Shown here: positions 37,203 to 50,474 of the stretch, piece by piece
Position numbering within the stretch: position 1 is the stretch's first letter
Layout: every line of letters begins with the position of its first letter
Source of the DNA: Pristiophorus japonicus
Taxonomy: Eukaryota
NCBI RefSeq assembly: GCF_044704955.1
Contig: NC_091980.1
Coordinates: 41,602,001-41,666,000 of the forward strand
DNA: 64,000 nt
Reading direction: 5' to 3'
The notes under the pieces: model-generated
Told to the model about the DNA's origin: nothing
The model's database searches: none
The model's input: only the letters and a program-made list of their open reading frames with translations
Made by a program: the position numbers and the translations under genes

Positions 37203-38222
37203 CTAAGAGAAGAGCGCAGAATGACATTATTAATAATGGCACTGAAATCATCCAGTTGCTCAGATAGCACAATAATACTTTTTACGAAGTCACAAATCAA
37301 TTACTGCTAAAAGTTTCTTTTTACCTTTCTCTCTTTCCTCATTTTGACTTTTCCCCGTTTAAGTTTCCATAGCGCACACATTCCCTGCCGCAGGTGAGCA
37401 GAAACCAGCTCCCAAGCCTCTGCCAGTGGCACTCTGCATTCCACCAAGAAGGTATAATGAAGAGTGTCACTGCACAGGGCTGAGATCTGGAACCCGCTAT
37501 GGTTTGGAGCACCAGTCTACTTTGTTACCCTGCATAGCAGCTGATACTGGGCTATGGGGGAGAACTGTGCAGTGAGCGTAGATTTGGAGTGCTCTAGCAA
37601 ATAGAGGCCATTGGCTGAATAGTCTCTTTTAGTGCTGAAAACTTCAGTAGCTTAATAGACTTTAATAATGTTTAAATATATATTTTATCTCTGATTAAAA
37701 CTGCCATTAAAATACCATTTGCCATGATTCAAAAGCTACTGTTGTCCTTACCTACATATGCATGCAGACACACATTCAGATAAATGTGGTACAGATAAAA
37801 AGAGGAAAAAAGGTGGAAATGTGGTTACCATAAAAGATTAAAACGCAGAAGATTAGTTAATCCATTATCTCCTTAATAGTGGAATCCAAAACTAATGCCA
37901 CTCTACTTTAAAAAAATAAACCACTTTTGACAACACAAAAAGCTCGCATTGGAGAAATACACCGTGTACTATTGTCCAGCTGACACATAGGAAGGTAACT
38001 TGCTCCCAGGCTTCACCTGTTGCAATTCTTTCACCAACTGCCACCAGTTGCATGAGGAGGTAACTCCAGAATGATCAGCCCTCCATTTTGCCATCCTTCC
38101 TGTGTGAAGCACCTGGCTTGGTGTCTCCCCAGTGATGGTCAGGATCTTGCTATGTAAAATCTCAGGCATGAACCCATGTTCAGCCACTGTTACAAAAGCA
38201 ATATATTGTGGATGCTGAAAAT

Positions 38223-38332
38223 CTGAAATAAAAACAGAAAATGCTGGAAATACTCAAATTAACTCTGTTTCTCTCTCCACAGATGCTGCCTGGCCTGCTG
38301 AGCATTTCCAGCATTTTCTGTTTTTATTTCAG
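38223..38332. repeat. Inverted-repeat (hairpin) interspersed repeat in LEAP2 intron 1
   Basis: ctgaaataaaaacagaaaatgctggaaatactca pairs with tgagcatttccagcattttctgtttttatttcag; related half-copies at ~11580-11632 and ~63300-63388. Confidence 0.75.
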
Positions 38333-38436
38333 CCACTGTTTCTTTTGATAAAATATTGAAACACAAAGTGTTATACATTTCATTACATAACCTCGTTACA
38401 TGGTTTCATGAAATATTGTAATTTGGATGTACATAC

Positions 38437-38502
38437 CTGGCTGCTCAAAAGAGTTGAAGCAATGCAAACAATTGTAAAGAGTTTCATAAGCTGAGTGTTC
38501 AT
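38437..38502 (-). CDS. LEAP2: LEAP2 exon 1 (signal peptide)
   Basis: MNTQLMKLFTIVCIASTLLSSQ, then donor gtatgt; phase 0 joins exon 2; total 80 aa. Confidence 0.88.
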
Positions 38503-38582
38503 TGTAGAAGAACAGTCTGTAATAGTTGTGCACACACAAATGTAGAACAGACAAATTGTGTCCTGCAATCTTTGGCACCTTG

Positions 38583-38589
38583 TTTTATA
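38583..38589 (-). promoter_or_regulatory. Candidate LEAP2 TATA box
   Basis: TATAAAA ~80 nt upstream of the ATG. Confidence 0.55.
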
Positions 38590-38697
38590 GGCAATTGTAT
38601 GGCATAAACGCACACTCTTCATACGGTATAGGTGACGTTGCTGGCTCATGAAGCAAAGGTCAACTCTAATATTCATAATCTAGCAGATGCAGAATAA

Positions 38698-39660
38698 GCA
38701 ACTATTTACAATCTATATTAACGACTTGGATGAAAGGACCAAATGTAACGTAGCCAAGTTTGCCAAGATGGAAGGAAAAGCAATGTGTGAAGAGGGCACA
38801 AAAAACCTGCAAAAGGAGTGGGAAAAAATTTGGCAGATAGCGTATAATGTTGGAAAGTGTGAGGTTATGCACTTTGGCAGAAAAAAATCAAAGAGCAAGT
38901 TATTATTTAAATGGAGAAAAATTGCAAAGTGCTGCAGTACAGTGGGACCTGGGGGTACTTGTGCATGAAACACAAAAGGTTAGTATGCGGATACAGCAAG
39001 TGAATAGGAAGGCCAATGGAATCTTGGCCTTTATTGCAAAGGGGATGGAGTATAATAGCAGGGAAGTCTTTCTACAGTTATACAGGGTATTAGTGAGGTC
39101 ACACCTAGAATACTGCGTACAGTTTTCGTTTTCATATTTAAGAAAGGATATACTTGCTTTGGAGGCAGTTCAGGGAAGGTTCATTAGGTTGATTCTGGAG
39201 ATGAGGGGGTTGACTTATGAGGAAAGGTTGAGTAGGTTGGGCCTCTACTCATTGGAATTCAGAAGAATGAGAGGTGATCTTATCAAAATGCATAAGATTA
39301 TGAGGGGGCTTGACAAGGTGGATGCAAAGAGGATCTTTCCACTAATAGGAGAGACTAGAACTAGTGGGCATAATCTTAGAATAAGGGGCCGACCATTTAA
39401 AACTGAGATGAGCAGGAATTTCTTCTCTGAGGGTTGTAAATATGTGGGATTCTCTGCCTCAGAAAGCTGTGGAAGCTGGGTCATTGAATACATTTAAGAC
39501 AGAGATAGATAGTTTCTTAACCGATAAGGAAATAATGGGTTATGGAGAACGGGCAGGGAAGTGGACCTGAGTCCATGATTGGATCAGTCATGATTGTATT
39601 AAATGGTGGAGCAGGCTCGAGGGGCCGTATGGCCGACTCCTGCTCCTATTTCTATGTTCT
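38698..39660 (+). mobile_element. 5'-truncated CR1
   Basis: [11 protein letters not shown]...RSHLEYCVQF...RGDLI and tail. Confidence 0.9.
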
Positions 39661-39824
39661 GAGCAAAAAGATAACAAGGACTCAGTTTATAGAAAATAGA
39701 AAAAAAAACATAGAAAATAGGTGCAGGAGTAGAAGGAAACACCCTGATTCCTCCTGATTCCACATCTTTTAATAACATATAAAGGTGTAATGCCATTGGC
39801 CCACTCTACAAGGCAGTGAGCAAC

Positions 39825-39970
39825 NNNNNNNNNNNNNNNNNNNNNNNNNNNNNNNNNNNNNNNNNNNNNNNNNNNNNNNNNNNNNNNNNNNNNNNNNNNN
39901 NNNNNNNNNNNNNNNNNNNNNNNNNNNNNNNNNNNNNNNNNNNNNNNNNNNNNNNNNNNNNNNNNNNNNN
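39825..39970. other. Assembly gap
   Basis: Run of N. Confidence 1.
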
Positions 39971-41124
39971 ATACTTGGAAAAGTAGGCTAAAGTATAGAA
40001 CAAAGACTGGCCATTCTTTAATCTGCTCCTTCCAACATTCCAATAGACCTTGCACTATCGAGAACTCTACCAACTTTAATTAACTATTAGAGTACCAGCG
40101 GGTCTAGAAGGTTCTGTGCTACCTGGGCTGACGAGTTCTTAAAGAATTTAGTTCACACTGTGACACTGTAAATTGTCTTAGTATTACTATAGGAATAGTT
40201 GTAAGAGAAGCTTTATCACTGTAATATTAATGTTATAATAACCAAAATGTAACATTTTGAACAAACTTAAGTAAAAGCTAAACATTATTTGAATCTTACT
40301 TTTGTGCTCATCTCTGTTCCTTCATTTTATCATCCATAATTACTATTTGAATTTTTATTCAATATATTTTATTTATTTAAAATAAATAAATAAAGAACTT
40401 GCATTTATACAACACATTTCATAACCTCAGGTTGTCCCAAAGCGCTTTACAGAAAATGAAATACTTTTGAAGTGTAGTTACTGTTGCACTGCAGGAAGTG
40501 TAAATAATACTAGCATTTGTGTGCTTCCATCACCTAATATTTGTGCTCAACCGTTGATCCTGAATGTGTGTTAGTTTATTAGCCAAATACAACATTTAGC
40601 AGCCTGAAGTGACCCAAGTACCCAGTGAATTAACTTGGTGAAAGCCTAGGGAGTTAGATACTGTTGAAATAAGTCAGCAGCATTCAAAATATTAAGCCCC
40701 TTCAGTTGATGTAGAACTATAGGTAAACCTGAGAAAACTAACATTTCTTCTTGACCCCTGAAGGTTGTAATTGACTGAAAACTTTATAATCTGCATTATT
40801 CAACCCTCAGAAGTTGCAATTCATAGGTGACATTCCTTTGGTCCATCAAAAGGATGCTGACAGTAAATTTATATTTATATACACTTCTTCCAAATAGTGT
40901 TTACAATTATTTTGGCTAAATAATTAGTGGTTAATTTCACTGTTAGCAGATATTTTCACTATAACAGGACTTTTATTGCATTAATTTTCTAGGCAAGTTC
41001 ATTTGGACAGAAGAATTTTTTGCTATAAATAAAAATTTCACTGTCTGAGTACAATATAAGCAGATGTCCCTGTCGTGCATGCATGAGCTGGCAGTGTTAC
41101 CTTTCTGTATTTTGACAAGACTCC

Positions 41125-41520
41125 AAATGGGGTAAAGAAGCAAAGGGATCTCGGGATACAGGTCTACAAATCACTAAAAGTAGTGACACAGGTTAATAAG
41201 GCCATAAAAAAGCAAACAAAGCACTGGGGTTTATTTTTAGACAGATGGCATTGAAAAGCAGAGAAGTCATGTTAAACTTGAACCTTGGTTTATCCAGAGA
41301 GTGGTTGTTGTTGTTTAAAATATGGAACTCCCTACCACATGAAATAGTTGAGGCGAATAGCAAAGATGCATTTAAGGGAAAGCTAGATAAACACATGAGG
41401 GAGAAAGGAATGGAATGCTATGCTGATAGGGTTAGATGAAGCGGGGAGGGAGGGAGGAGACTCGTGTGGAGCATAAGCAACGGATCAGTTGGACCAAAAG
41501 GCCTGTTTCTTTGCTGTACT
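41125..41520 (+). mobile_element. Old CR1 3' fragment
   Basis: KSREVMLNL...IWNSLP..FKGKLD remnants. Confidence 0.7.
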
Positions 41521-43048
41521 ACCACACCAAACTCGCTCCAGCCCCATTGAATTTTGTGGTGAATAGTGATCTGTGACATGTGACCTAGGGATGACTCTGG
41601 GCCACATTACCTTGTCAGAAAGTGCCCAGCCTTCACTGGGCACATTACCTTTTTCACCTGTTATGGCGCTCACCCTGTAGACAATAATGGGTGAGAGCCA
41701 CGTCTTGGAGTTCCAACGTGTAGTACCATTGTATCACCTTCATAATCTCCCAGGTTGCCACGTGGTGTTACCAACATTTGTTTGAGTAGTGGACTTTAAT
41801 ATATTCCATTACCTTTGCCTGATCACCTGTGCATTATTATTTTATATTAATCACACTAAATCTTATCCAGAAACATCACTTGAGGACTTTTGTCCTCCAA
41901 AAGCCACAGTTTAGACCTTTGATTTTATAACACCGCTGTGTTGTTTTGTGTGTGCTGATCTGTTTAATAGTATATTTACACTTTGCCCTTTTTCTCTTAT
42001 ATATTCCACCTTTCCTGTTCTTGTATTATTGGTTTTGTTTTCTTTTAATTCATCACTTTCTTTAGTTACTTTATTTTCCTTTATTTAGATTCTTCCTTCC
42101 GTGTGCCAATCTCCAGCCAAGTGCACGTAGGCTGCTCTGTGACTTTTATCAATCCAGTGTCATACAGCTAGGAGATCAAGGTACAAACTCCATTCTTGAT
42201 GTGCAACAGCTGAATCATTACATCTTTATCCGCTCAACACCATTGAAAGGGAGTATTGGAAATCGAATCCCCTTTAATTTTTCAGTTCTCTCAAGTCCAA
42301 CCAGCAGCTATTATCGCTTAACCTTTATGCTGCCATTCTTCGCTGTCTTCATCCATTTGCATTCTTGGCTTCACTAAATACTTTATCCTTAATTTGGACT
42401 CTCTTCCAGTACGTGCAAAATAATAATGGCCAAGTTTTGTCTCTGTGCAAGGAAATACTGAGCCTCAGTCCACAATGTTATAGCCAAGGTTGTTAAGTCA
42501 TGTGAAATCGTGGACCTCCCCAGTCTAATGGCTCACTGATGCTTCACTATTTGGTGCATTTACCCAGCAAGTCAACAGAGGGCTCAAAGCCATATTATTA
42601 ATTCCACTGTTAACAACCCAAATTATACGAGCCACACAAATGCAAAGTGTTTGCTCGAATTGGTCAATAGGAAGAGACACCAAAGCTCAATTCATAATTT
42701 GCACATTAGAAAGTCAGCCACAGACCTGAATCCAGAAGTGGCAAAAAGCCAAAGGTATCACATATGTTGGAAGTCAGCAAGAGCAATTGGCAAATAATTA
42801 AAGAGCTACAGTCACTTTCTGCAGCCAGTGCAGGCTCTTGAATTGGAGTACAACACACACTCAGTTTATTTCACATTTGAAACACGAGAATGGGTGTGGG
42901 ACAAACTGAGTATCTCAGTTCTGGAATAGAATCCATGCACAATCTTTGCATTTTAAGCCAGCAGAGAGATAGGTCTGCTTCTGAAGCAATCAAAAAAGTT
43001 TTTTTAATTAAAAAAAGTAGTTTTACCTACACTAAAGCAGGAGATACC

Positions 43049-46000
43049 GAGGGAGAAATTTGGTCGGGTGCTAACTTCTTACATTTTGGAAGTTTAGCAC
43101 CAGGCGCAAAGGATTCTGAAGTTTTTCTAAATTGGGCTTTAGCACCCCAGGTAGGGGGCAGTAAATCAAACATTAATGACCTCATTGGGGCACTACAACC
43201 AGAGCATGACCAAATTTCAGGTGACTTGCATTCAGCAATCATCCTTAAATCCTTCACACTGGTTCATTCCAGCTCGTAAAATGGAGGTTCTATCAATCTG
43301 CAGCTGCTTATTTTCACCATTCCTGCAACTGAAGTTGACCTGATACCAACTGAAAGACTTTATGGCTTTGGCTGCTCCCAATCCAAATCAAAGAGAGAGC
43401 TCGTCAGTTCAATGACACCTCATTGGTGGCGGCAGTGGAACAAAGGAGGGAAGTGCTGTTCCTGGCAAGTGGAAAGAGGCCATTGTCCCAGGTCTTCAGG
43501 GCAACGTGGAGGGAAGTGGGACAGGAGGTCTTGGTCAGTAGTGTCGTGGAACCAGCCTGACACAGTGTCGTAAAAAGTTCAATGACCTCAATCAGGTGGT
43601 CAAGATGAGTACATGCTTCAACAGGTCCTACATACCAGCATCTGAACCTATGTCTGCACATTGTGCAAAGCACCATTCCCCCACCACACATCTGCAACTA
43701 CTTAAACTCCATTGATATCTCACACCTTGCCTGCATTCACAGCTATTCAATGACGGCAGGCATATCTCCCGGCCACGTAGGTAGACTCTGACTCTCAAAC
43801 ATTCCTTTCTTTTGCAGGCCAAGATGGTCCACAATTGGAGGGAGCAGCAGAGGACAGGTGTGGTGAACCTCAAGCTGCAGCAGCTCAGACCTGGAGGAGC
43901 GCGTGCTATGGCACATTGGGCAGCAGGTGATGGGCACCACGGCCGTCAGCGACATCGACCCCGCTAGGGGCAACAACGGTATCTTCATCCCCTCTCCACT
44001 TATCATCCCACAAGCCTTTATCACTTTCCAGCTCATGATACTGTCTGTATTCCATTCCTGTCTCCCTGCCCTCACCTCAACGCGAGTCTTGTGCCCTTAT
44101 ACTTTCAGATAATCAGCCAGCAGATGATCAGCCTGTCCCTGAGCCCTCCAATGAGTGATGAAGGAGAAGAGGAGAACCCAAACACCGCGTCACTATATAT
44201 CGCACCCGGAGGCACCACCTCAGAGACTGGCACTAAGGATTCGTTAGCAGTAAGCTGAGTAGAGGGATCTGCACTGGGTGATGCACCAGGCTGCAGCAAG
44301 GCCAAGGGGAAAGATAGCTTGGGGGTCAGCTCTCCAGAGGTAGAGTTCACGTGCGAGTTCTGTTGCACATGACTCAGATGAGGACCTCGTTGGGGAGGCG
44401 TTCACAACAAGGGTGATGGCCATCCACTCCGAGATGATAGGTGCAATGGCAAGGGTGCCCGAGAACCTCTCAGCAATGGTAAGGAGTGTCGAGGAGTCCG
44501 CCTCCAACATTGCAGAGAGCTCTGTGCATACCATGGAGCCCATCATTTTCAGTCTGCAGACAATGATGGACTCCCAGAGAGCGTGGGGACCAATAACCTC
44601 ATGTCATGTTTCGCAGCTTCCATTGCAGCACAGGTTGAAGCAACACAACATCTTAGTGCAAAAATGCAGAGAATGGTTGCTGGCATCGAAGCTCAGACTG
44701 CTCTCATGTAGTCTCAACTGGATGCCACACGAGCTCTGACTGCTGCCATTGTCGCTGGGTCCACCACAGTTGACCATGGATCTCACAGTGTTGCAGCAGG
44801 GCACCAAACTGTGCTCCAGCAGTTTGGGAGAGATGCTGCACCAGGACAGTGGCAGTGAAACAGTGGAGCAGGACCACGCTGTCCTCTCTCAGGATGATCC
44901 CACCACTGCCACTCTGCCATTGCACTGGTCGTTGCCAGTCATTCAGCCAGCCCAAACTGCCGCCGTCCAGCCCGAGGTGGTGTAGTCTACAGCCAGTCTC
45001 TGGCCCTGACACTCAGCAGCCTTCCACCAGCTGTGCTGCAGCCATTGGGGAGACACTACGTAGGAGCAGTAGTATAGGTAAAGGCAGTGTTAGGAGGAGA
45101 TAAGGGTTTTGCACAAGGGTGAATAAAAAATTTAGTATATGGTTAATGTTTTCTGATAAAAATGTAATTGGAATGTTGCATATTTGGTGCTGTCTTCCAT
45201 TTCAGTTTTGGGGCTCTGTTATAGAATGAGAAATTAATGTAATGATGGGGATGTACAGACCAACCTGGAATTGGCATGGAGTTCAATGGAGCCGAAGTCT
45301 GATGAGGTGCATGCAGACCACCCTTGCAGAAGATCGAATGTGTACCTGGCTTCGCTGTCGCTGCTACTGCTCCTGTACCACCTCCTCCTGAGGTGGTGGA
45401 GTTCAACATCATCGGCGGTCCCTCGAACAAGGATGACTTGCTTCCACAGGAGTTCACAGATGTTTCAATGAAGGACCCGATATTCCAGTCTTGAACTCGA
45501 ATTGAGGGGGTGGAAAATGCCTGTGTGTGTTTTTTTTTAAAAAACGTGTGGTGACTGTTGTGCACCAGCCACCACACAGGCTTGACAAAGCTAGGCCTTT
45601 ATCCAGTGGCAAGGGTTAACCAGGACGACTGGAGACCTGCTCTGCTGCACGGATCTAGTGCGCACATATATCACAGTTAGCTTATAGTTTAATAATAAAC
45701 TCCGATGGTCTGCTCATTGATGTTCCTGGTGACAGCATGGTTCTCATTATACAAGTGCTGGGCAGGAGTGTTGGGGTTGCAGAGGGGAGTCATGAGCCAG
45801 GAGGAGAGCTTATAGCCCTGGTCTCCGAGCAGCCAGCCGTGAGCTGGAAGAGAGCTGGCACATCGTGGCTGCTGTCAGGATAGCGGGCACTGATGGCGAG
45901 AATTCGCTGTGTGTGGTTGCACACCAACTGCACATTGAGTGGTAGCCTTTGCAGTTATAGAATACCTCAGGATTGTATTGCAGTGCTCGCAAAGCAGGCC

Positions 46001-46863
46001 CTGCACCATGGGGAGCCCGCTATCCTGACATAGCCAGATGCACGCTCATGATGCTTCTGTCTGGCGATGGGGAAGGAAATGTAGTCCCTCCTCCTTCTGT
46101 AGAGAACGTAAGTGACCTCGCGGATGCAAATTGGGAAATGTCTCTTCTTGGCACACTGGACGGATCCACTGGTGTAGAAATTGAGCGTGATGGTGACCTT
46201 GACTGCCACTGAGCCATCCACACCCTGGTCTGAGGCTCGAGGTCTGGTTGCAGGAGGTGGTAGACTCTGACCACATCCTTGCTGAAGTGCAGCCTTCAAA
46301 CACACTGTTCCTCAGTGAAATTGATGCAGAACCGCTGCCGGAATAGCCTGGGGACGGTAAGGCCTCCTATTGAGAGCCATGTAGGGCTTCCTCCCTCTGG
46401 CCACATTTTGCTGTCTTTCTCTGTGCCTCAGTTGCCTCCGACAGTGATGCTGAAGCGCGAGGTTCAGTACCAGCACAGCCCCCATGAAACGAGATGTTTC
46501 AAATCTGTCTTCAATGAAAGTCATGAATCTTTAAGAGCCACAACTATCCTTCAACTGCAAATCGCTCAAAACACCCGTTTGCCTATTTGAAACTAAGAAA
46601 ACATTATTGGCCGACTAAAACTTCACCAGATGCTCGTACCTTTAAATAGCGCTCCTCCAACCGAAACCTGAGTGCTGAAGCTGTCGCTGTCAGCGCGAGG
46701 GCCAATTTTTGTTCCGGGGTGCTATGCACGGTGATGACGTCAGCATCACCTGCGCAGCAAAGCGGGGCGCTTCGTGTTACTGCTGCCACAAAACCCTCAC
46801 TTAATTCAGTGGGAGGTGCTGTTCTTGCCATGCCCGGTCGCAAAGTAGACCAATTTCTCCCCC
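43049..46863. mobile_element. Decayed PIF/Harbinger DNA transposon (Myb/SANT gene on +, HARBI1-like transposase on -, convergent)
   Basis: Imperfect TIRs g.gggagaaatt(t)ggtc / gaccaatttctccccc. Plus strand ~43430-43600 reads VEQRREVLF..WREV..QCRKKFNDL. Minus strand 45720-46490 reads VAVKVTITLNFYTSGS..CIREVT..ISFP..NCKGYHS with frameshifts. Confidence 0.85.
45408..45676 (-). mobile_element. RTE-tailed retroposon, copy 2 (inside the Harbinger element)
   Basis: catcatcggcggtccctcgaacaaggatgacttgcttccac...; body homologous to 22330-22616. Confidence 0.75.
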
Positions 46864-47222
46864 ATCTATTTTTACCATCTACCCGTGGTCAAGTGGACCC
46901 AAGTGAGACAATTGGCAAGCCACCAGTTTCCAGGCATCTGCCAGAGCCACTCAAATTGGACTTCAGGGCATAAACATGAGCAGGTCTGAGTCTCAAGTTC
47001 AATTTCTTGCCCATACTTCAACAAAGTACTTCAGCTCACAATCTTTTACTGTTAGTTGTAGAATAGTATCGTTTAGCGAAGAAAACTCACAGCAGGTAGT
47101 ACACAATACATACTTTATTTTTCATTAGACAGGGACAATTTTTTCAGTAAAATTGAGCTGTTGGGAACGCTGATCAGGAATACCCTTTGTATGTCAGTAT
47201 GATCCTCTCCATATACCACCAT

Positions 47223-47317
47223 TCATTTATCATTGGCAAAGTCAGCCGGGTTCTTTCTCAGTGACAATTCATGATCATGGTTGGCCCAGGTATAAATAAG
47301 GTATGCAACCACAAATG
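47223..47317 (-). CDS. UQCRQ: Ubiquinol-cytochrome c reductase subunit Q (QCR8), last exon
   Basis: Acceptor tctctttccag; (P)[30 protein letters not shown]; AATAAA at 47114-47119. Confidence 0.96.
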
Positions 47318-48073
47318 CTGGAAAGAGAAAATACAAAAATACAATTAACTTCTAAAATCAGACAATAATACTTATTTTCATCAAGCTTAAAAATAATGCA
47401 ATGCACCTACTGTCAACATGAAACAATTCTTGGTCAGATCTAGCACACAACGTGAAACACTACTTTATTTGGGGTAGTCCCAAAAATGAAAGGTCGTCAT
47501 TCTAATCCACTGCAACATTCTGTCCCTACACTATCATAATTAATGCTTGCAATCTATCCTTGCCCAAATCAAAGTATAAATGACATATCAGATTCCTACA
47601 TTACATGGAGTTTGTGATCTCAATACCCATAGTCGCATGGCATATGCACGTGTACTTTAAGCTTTTTTGTGCCTTTATTGGTAAAATGGTAAAATGAAAA
47701 GCAGAGCGTGCAAGTGTTTTTTCATCTTAGTAAATGCTTTACTGAATGGTGGTAAATGTTTGTTAAGTAAATACATGTGAACTACATTTACCTGAACTGT
47801 GAGAGTGTATGCAAGGCATTTGACTATAAATACGGCTAATATTGTAGCGGCATATGCACACCAATGCATCGTACCTTTAATTCTATGCATGTTTTTATTC
47901 AAATATAACAGGATCAAGCCAGACCCATATAAATAAAAGTTTTGAGAGGTTAGCAGAAAGTAACCTACACTTCACCTCTCAGAAGGAACCTGTAAAGCAG
48001 AACCCAAAATTATAAACTTCAATTTCAGTACAGAAAATGTCCGTACTACTAATGGAAACACTGCTATACTTAC

Positions 48074-48227
48074 GTGGAGCAACTCGGAACACCTGGCTCT
48101 TGAATCTCCTCCATGTATTGGGAATGCCTTTGGACAAATGATTTGCAAATGCCTTTTGTTCAAAGGGAGAGATGGTGTAGGTGATGATGTGCCGCAACCT
48201 GATCAAGTTTCCAAAGTGGCGACCCAT
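48074..48227 (-). CDS. UQCRQ: UQCRQ first coding exon
   Basis: MGRHFGNLIRLRHIITYTISPFEQKAF...QVFRVAP; 154 nt then donor gtaagt; spliced total is 82 aa. Confidence 0.97.
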
Positions 48228-48585
48228 TTTGTAGCAACTAAATCCAAAGTTCTATGGAAAAGAGATGGACAAAAATATTATGGATCATTCAGGCATGTAA
48301 CCTACAATTACAAATACCACACAACCAAACAATATTCGAATCTACAACGGTTACCGTATTTTCTACACAAGTCAAAGTGTTTGTTAGCCTGTTGTCACTA
48401 AATCTCCCAGTGATCAATAATGAAGGGTTCCATCCAAAGAAATCATTAACATATCGATCCCTTCGAAATACAGGTGCTTAGAAAAATGTCTCAAGAGTGC
48501 TTTGCTGGGGACTTGAAAGACTGAAAATATTGGGAGGGTGGGGGGGGGAAATCAAGTGCAGGGCGAGAGATAAGCTTTTAAGATA

Positions 48586-49219
48586 CAGGTTGAACTTCCC
48601 TTATCCGGCACCCTCGGGACCTGGCCTGAGCCGGATAAGGGATTTTGCCACACGAGGGGAGGTTGATCGTCTTTTACAACTGCCAGCCCCTGCCAGCCAG
48701 CCCCAATACAGATATGCCCAACCCCGCGATCCACCGACACCGACACCCCCACCCCCCACCCCACGATCTCCAAGACTCATTGAAAGTAATGAAGAAGTAT
48801 TTTCTTTTTGTTTGGCAGAGCGTCAAGGGCAGCGGCCCTACCTCGGAGGGAGCGCAGATGGCAGCTGGGAGCGGAGGGGAGAAGCGGCCAGCCCGAGTGT
48901 ACAGCCCGTCGGCCTAACCCCGGAGGGAATGCGGACAGCAGCAGGGAATAAAATAACTTATAATTTAAATCAAAATATAATTATTAGTAGAATAGGTTGA
49001 ACCTCTCTTCGCCTCCCCCCACCCCCGCGCCCCCAATACCCACCCTCAAGACCACTTAGGCGATCAGTGTCTTCAGAATCGGACCGAGGAAGGAGTGTCC
49101 GTTTTCAGGAAAAGCAGAGAATATTGGAGAGTGCGGAAACATTTTATTTGCACATGCGCCACCCGGCGGTTGGGAATGGGGCCAGACGAGAGTGTCCCGG
49201 ATAAGAGAGGTTCAATCTG
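48586..49219. mobile_element. Tc1/mariner (pogo/Tigger-like) MITE
   Basis: TIRs caggttgaacttcccttatccgg / ccggataagagaggttcaatctg, flanked by TA on both sides; no transposase. Confidence 0.82.
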
Positions 49220-49476
49220 TACTTTTGAAAGTGAGAGACAGCAAGGTGAATTTGTTTTAGGAAGGAGCTCCATGAAGAAAGGGCATAATGATTGAACGAT
49301 CAGCACCTATAGTAGAGTGCGAGGATTGAGTTGTTGCCCAGTCAGAAGAGTGAAAAGTGTGGACTGCTACATACAGCTGAAGGCAAGACCAAATTTGACA
49401 CTTGGATTATTGAAGTTGATGCACTATTAGGGAGACAGTGGAATTATGCAAGGAAAGGGTGATAGGTAGAAACATA

Positions 49477-50474
49477 GGGCCCAAGTTTCCACACGAAAAA
49501 AAACGGGTGCCCCTCCGAGCTGGGCGCCCGTTTTTCACGCCTAAAACGGCGCCTAAAAAAAACCGCGCTATTCTCGAGCGCCCTGCAGCTCCTTGTCTGC
49601 TTGGCGCGGCGTACAGGGGGGCGGAGCCTACACTCGCGCCAATTTTGTAAGTGGGAGGGGGCGGGTACTATTTAAATTAGTTTTTTCCTGCCGGCAATGC
49701 TGCGCGTGCGCGTTGGAGCGTTCGCGCATGCTCAGTGTGAAGGAAACATTGGCACTCGCCCATTTTTGTAGTTCTTTGTAGCTGTTTAATTTTTGAACAT
49801 TTTTTAATAAAAGCACATTGCCATCAGCACATCAGCACTGAGGCTTCCTGCAGCAGTGAGAAAGCCTCAGAAAGTTGAGGCAGCCGTTTCCCTCCCCACC
49901 CCCGCCCGCCATTGGGAACGCACTGAACGGCTTTCCCCCCCTCTCCCGCCCCGGTGGGGACGCACGAAACGGCTCCCGCCCCCACGGGAACGAACGATGG
50001 CTGAAGCACTTTCACGCAGGTAGGAAGATGGTTTATTTAATCTTTTCTTTGCTTATAAATGTTTATTCAGGTTGGATTTATTTGTATAATATTTGTAGAA
50101 GTATAAATAAGAATTTGTTGTAGAATTTAATGACTTCCCTCCCCCCCCCCCCCCCACTTCGTTCTGGACGCCTAATTTGTAACCTGCGCCTGATTTTTTA
50201 ATGTGTAGAACAGGTTTTTTCAGTTCTACAAAAATCTTCACTTGCTCCATTCTACTTTAGTTTGGAGTACGTTTTCACTGTGGAAACTTTGAAATCAGGT
50301 GTCAGTGGCCGGACACGCCCCCTTTTGAAGAAAAAATTCTGTTCCAAAGTAGAACTGTTCTACCTGACTAGAACTGCAGAAAAAAAAATGTGGAGAATTG
50401 CGATTTCTAAGATAGTTCGTTCTCCACCAGTTGCTCCTAAAAATCAGGCGCAAATCATGTGGAAACTTGGGCCC
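49477..50474. mobile_element. Young non-autonomous Harbinger-type MITE
   Basis: 20-bp TIR gggcccaagtttccaca(c/t)ga; 3-bp TSD ATA; inserted into a CR1 tail; CpGs largely intact. Confidence 0.9.

Noticed and set aside
37084-37272. 62-aa ORF from the track
   Set aside because: Wrong reading frame over LEAP2 exon 2.
41555-41776. Possible solo LTR (TG...CA with short terminal inverted repeat)
   Set aside because: No convincing TSD, TATA/poly(A) signal or homology to other LTRs here.
45720-46490. Host HARBI1 or MSANTD gene
   Set aside because: Frameshifted, paired with a Myb-like remnant between TIRs; a decayed transposon.
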